From Candidatus Rariloculaceae bacterium (GTDB lineage: Bacteria > Pseudomonadota > Gammaproteobacteria > Steroidobacterales > Rariloculaceae): 64,000 nucleotides of DNA. Of the stretch, positions 60,680-64,000 are shown in pieces. Where the stretch lies: the NCBI GenBank assembly GCA_965205045.1, contig OZ242032.1, positions 17,704 through 81,703 of the forward strand, in the 5' to 3' direction. The position numbers and the translations under genes were made by a program. Under the pieces are notes generated by a model. That model saw nothing but the letters and a program-made list of their open reading frames with translations. It did not search any database and was not told where the DNA came from. Every line of letters starts with the position of its first letter. The first letter of the stretch is position 1.

Positions 60680-60742
60680 GGGCCTCATCGCAAGGTTTGT
60701 ATTCAGATTTACTCTAAGGCCACATAAGCCGGCCACATGACC

Positions 60743-61363
60743 TCAACGCACCGTCCTGGTGATCCTGTAGGCCGTTGCCCTGCCGATGTCCAGTTGTTTC
60801 GCGGCCTGTCCCGCCGTGAGTCCAGCCTCGACGAGGGCTTGTGCAGCCGAAACAGTCTCTTGATCCAGTGCCGGACGACCGGGCCTTCTGCCGCGTTTTC
60901 TGGCCGCCGCAATTCCGTCCCGCGTACGTTCGGAGATGAGCCGCCGCTCGAAGTGGGCAATCGCCCCGAAGACATGGAACACCAACTCGCCGGCGGCCGA
61001 CGTGGTGTCGATGCGTTCCTCGAGACTGACCAGGTTGATGTCGTGCGCCTTGAGATTCTCGACCGTTTCGAGCAGTTCCTTGAGGGAGCGCCCGAGGCGG
61101 TCGAGCCGCGTGACACACAGGCTGTCGCCGGCGCGGGCATGGTCAATGAGTTCGTTCAGCCCCGGACGCTCGAACTGTTTCCCGGAGATCACGTCGACAA
61201 ACACACGGATGGCGCCGGCCTGGCGCAGCCGGTCTTCCTGGGCAGCGACGTCCTGGTCCGCGGTCGACACGCGGGCATAGCCGAGGATGTCTCCTTTACG
61301 GGCCGTCTTTTTAACGCTCGGTTCGGGGACACTCTTGAGAGTCTTCATAATTCTCCCGTTCAA
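60743..61363 (-). CDS. tnpR: Serine resolvase
   Basis: ..ILGYARVSTADQDVAAQ..CVTRLDRLGRS..C-terminal HTH ..LDIGRATAYRI.. Confidence 0.85.
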   Translation of the reverse strand: MNGRIMKTLKSVPEPSVKKTARKGDILGYARVSTADQDVAAQEDRLRQAGAIRVFVDVISGKQFERPGLNELIDHARAGDSLCVTRLDRLGRSLKELLETVENLKAHDINLVSLEERIDTTSAAGELVFHVFGAIAHFERRLISERTRDGIAAARKRGRRPGRPALDQETVSAAQALVEAGLTAGQAAKQLDIGRATAYRITRTVR

Positions 61364-61441
61364 GGCGTCAAATCTGTCTCTTTATTCGTCTCTATACTCT
61401 AGGCGGTCTCGAAATGCAAAACATCCTTTTGGAGACATGCC

Positions 61442-64000
61442 ATGGCACCCAGACGCCTTGTCCCGCCACCCGTCCGCGACACCTTGCTGGGCATTCCCTC
61501 TGACACGACCTCACTGGAGCGCAATTACGTCCTGGCCGATGAAGACCTGGAACTCATCGGCACGCGCCGACGCGCCGCCAACCGGCTCGGCCTGGCTGTC
61601 CATATCACTCTTCTGCGCCATCCTGGTCAAGACTGGCTTGGTGATACGCACGTGCCCAGCCCTGTCCTGCTCTGGCTTGCCGAGCAGGTCGCCGTACCGG
61701 TATCGGCTCTGACCGGCTACGGCATCAGGGACGCGACGCGTTCCAGCCACAGGCAATTGGCAATGCGCCACCTTGGACTCCAGCCGTTCGTGCCGCGCGA
61801 CGACATGGCCGCTGCCATCCGACTCGCCGCCCGGGCGGCATTCGATACCGATGACGGACGCCTCATCCTGGAGCGGTTGGTCAGCGACCTGAAAGCCTTG
61901 CGCTACGTGCTGCCGAGCGCCGTCAGGTTGGAACGCATCGGCCTCGCCGGACGCGCCCGTGCCAGGCGTCTTTCGGCACAAGCCCTCAACGACGCCCTGG
62001 ATGAAAGCCACAAGAGCGCCCTGAGCGATCTGCTCAGGCATGACCCCGCTCTCGGCCAGTCGCGGCTGACCTGGCTGCGCGGACTGCCGCATTCCACCAG
62101 CTCGGCGAGCCTCCGCGGACTCCTGGACAGGCTGAAGTTCGTGCGAGACCTCGGGCTGCCGGCAGAGCTGGGCGACAATATTCACCCGGCTCGGCTGGCC
62201 AGGTTCGCCAGGGAAGGCGCCGTTGCCCCGATCAACCTGCTCAGTGATTTCGGCGAGCGCCGCCGTGTCGCCACTCTGGCTGCCCAAGTGTCGGAACTGG
62301 ACACGGTGTTGACCGATGCCGCGATCGCCATGTTCGAGCGTCTGACAGGCCTTTTGTTCACTCGCTCCAAGAACCGGCAGGAACGCTCCTGGTCGGCCAG
62401 CAAGCCGCAGGTCGGCCGGTTGATCCGGCTCTTCGGCGGCACCCTTGACGCCATGGTGCGCGCCCGCCAGCACAAGCAGGACCCGTTCGCCGTCCTCGAT
62501 GCAGAGATCGGCTGGGACCGCTTGCTCAGGTCTCGTGAAGAGATTGCTTCCTTTGGGGACCTGGCGACGGAAGACGCCTTGCCCTTGGCGGCAGGACGCT
62601 ACACCCAGCTGCGGCGCTTTGCGCCGGCGTTCCTGGAAGCTTTTGACTTCAAGGTGACGGAGGCCGGGCAGGACCTGCAGGCAGCGCTGGAACTCCTGAA
62701 GGAACACAACCGCGCCGGCAAGCGCAACCTGCCCGACGTCGTGCCGATGCCCTTTGCCAGCCAGAACTGGAAGTCCATGGTCCTGGAAAACGGGCGGCCT
62801 AAGCGGCGCGTCTACGAGACGGCAGTCGTCGCCACCCTGCGCGACCGGCTTCGCGCCGGCGACGTGTGGGTGGAAGGCAGCCGCGATTACCGCCGCTTCG
62901 ACGCCTACCTGCCACCCTTGGACGAGGCGAGGCAGGTGCTTGCCGACAGCGGACTCGCGACCGATGGACCAACGTGGCTGGCAAGCCGCCGCGAGACGCT
63001 GCGCCAGCGCCTGCACGAGGTGAGGAAAAAGCTCGTCCACGGCCATCTCGAAGGCGTTCGCCTCGAACGCGGCCGCCTCAAGATCACACCGTACGATGCG
63101 GTCACGCCCCACGCCGCCAGACGCCTCGATTACGCCATCGACACCCTGATGCCGCGTATCCGCATCACCGACCTGCTGTGGGACGTGAGTGTGCAGACGG
63201 GCTTCCTTGACGCCTTCACCGATCTGCGCTCCGGACGCCCGCATAGAAGTCCCGTTCGCTCCTCGCCACCATCCTCGCCGGGGCGACCAACCTCGGCCTG
63301 GAGCGCATGGCGCACGCCTCCGGAAGCATCAGCCACGCACAGCTCTCCTGGGCCAGCACTTGGTATCTGCGCCCCGAAACCTATGCCGATGCCCTGGCGC
63401 GTATCATCGATGCCCATCACGCCCTGCCGTTTGCCAAGGTCTGGGGCGAAGCCGACAGGACCTCGTCGGACGGCCAGTTCTTTGCCTCGGGGCGAAAGTC
63501 AGGCGAGATCAACGCCAAGTACGGTCCGGACCCGGGCCTCAAGATCTATTCGTTCCTGTCCGGGCAGTACGGCTCGTTCCATGCCAACGTCATCGGCGCC
63601 ACCGCCGGCGAGGCCCCTTTCGTCCTGGACGGGCTCGTGGGAAACGCCGCCCAGTTCAATCCGCTGGTGCACTACGTCGATACCGGCGGGGTCTCGGATC
63701 ACATCTTCGCCCTGTTCCACCTCCTGGGCCTCGTGTTCGCCCCGCGCTTACGAGACTTCCCGGATCGTCGCCTGGCCTGCTTCGGCAAGCCCGGCCAGTT
63801 CAAGGGCCTCGCTCCCATCATGGGAAGACCGATCCATGAGGCGGTCATCCTCGATCACTGGGGCGACGTGATGAGACTGACGGCCGGGATCAAGACCAAG
63901 GCCGTCCAGCCTTCGGCCATGCTCAGGAAGCTGGGCGCCTACCGGCAGCAGAACCGCCTGTACCTCGCCCTCGGCGAGATCGGCCGCATCGAGCGCACCC
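61442..64000 (+). pseudogene. tnpA: Tn3-family transposase with a -1 frameshift near 63240-63250; 3'-partial
   Basis: The N-terminal 600 aa are normal (MAPRRLVPPPVRDTLLGIPSD..). After ..FTDLRSGRPHR the track frame turns into Pro/Ser/Arg-rich noise. The next frame reads SRSLLATILAGATNLGLERMA..TSSDGQFFASG..DTGGVSDHIFALF.. to the window end. Confidence 0.8.

Larger units (their letters stand above)
60680..64000 (+). mobile_element. Second Tn3-family transposon (IR, divergent tnpR/tnpA with res between), runs off window end
   Basis: Candidate 39-bp IR gggcctcatcgcaaggtttgtattcagatttactctaag at 60680-60718, sharing the GGG.. and ..ACTCTAAG ends with the first transposon's IR. tnpR lies on the minus strand and tnpA on the plus strand. 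Confidence 0.7.

Noticed and set aside
60744-60748. GTGCG as the group II intron 5' end
   Set aside because: It lies inside the last codons of the resolvase gene (..RTVR*). It would also make the Tn3-type IR candidate part of the intron. This is more likely coincidence, though the true 5' boundary remains unresolved.
61511-63244. 577-aa minus-strand ORF
   Set aside because: It is antisense to the Tn3-family transposase.
1-64000. tRNA, rRNA, tmRNA and riboswitch scan by eye
   Set aside because: I found no T-arm/GTTCGAATC-like cloverleaf candidates or rRNA-like stretches. A covariance-model scan would be needed to exclude small RNAs.

Overview
This is a GC-rich (about 60-65% by eye) proteobacterial accessory or plasmid-like mosaic. 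All calls come from reading the ORF track, my own translations and remembered family motifs; no database search was run. Main content:

- **Slam island (1.7-12 kb).** One intact Slam (DUF560) outer-membrane translocon, two Slam relics, and TbpB-barrel-type surface lipoprotein (SLP) genes. One SLP is a 1625-aa alanine-rich helical-repeat giant. Another sits behind a 26-nt poly-C tract that separates its SD+ATG leader from the ORF, a predicted phase switch. Two more SLP paralogs lie at 22.2 and 26.4 kb.
- **Two iteron-type replication modules.** A Rep-like gene with 4 x 22-bp iterons and a DnaA box at 13 kb. RepA, ParA and ParG with 6 iterons and two DnaA boxes at 23-25 kb.
- **Toxin-antitoxin pairs.** ParDE and VapBC.
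- **Unusual operon at 28.8-32.5 kb.** A PRTase::ParA-like fusion, a small protein, and ComM/YifB.
- **Tailoring cluster at 39.8-45.8 kb.** An OMP, two sulfotransferases, a GPP34::P450 fusion and a truncated MFS.
- **Heavy mobile-element load.** One IS200/IS605 element, two IS607-type elements, a solo TnpB, an IS607 relic, two Tn3-family transposons, and an ORF-less group II intron remnant.
- **Low-GC islet.** It carries a methyltransferase-HNH fusion.
- **Integrase / DUF3631 module at 53-60 kb.**

No rRNA, tRNA or CRISPR array was recognised.
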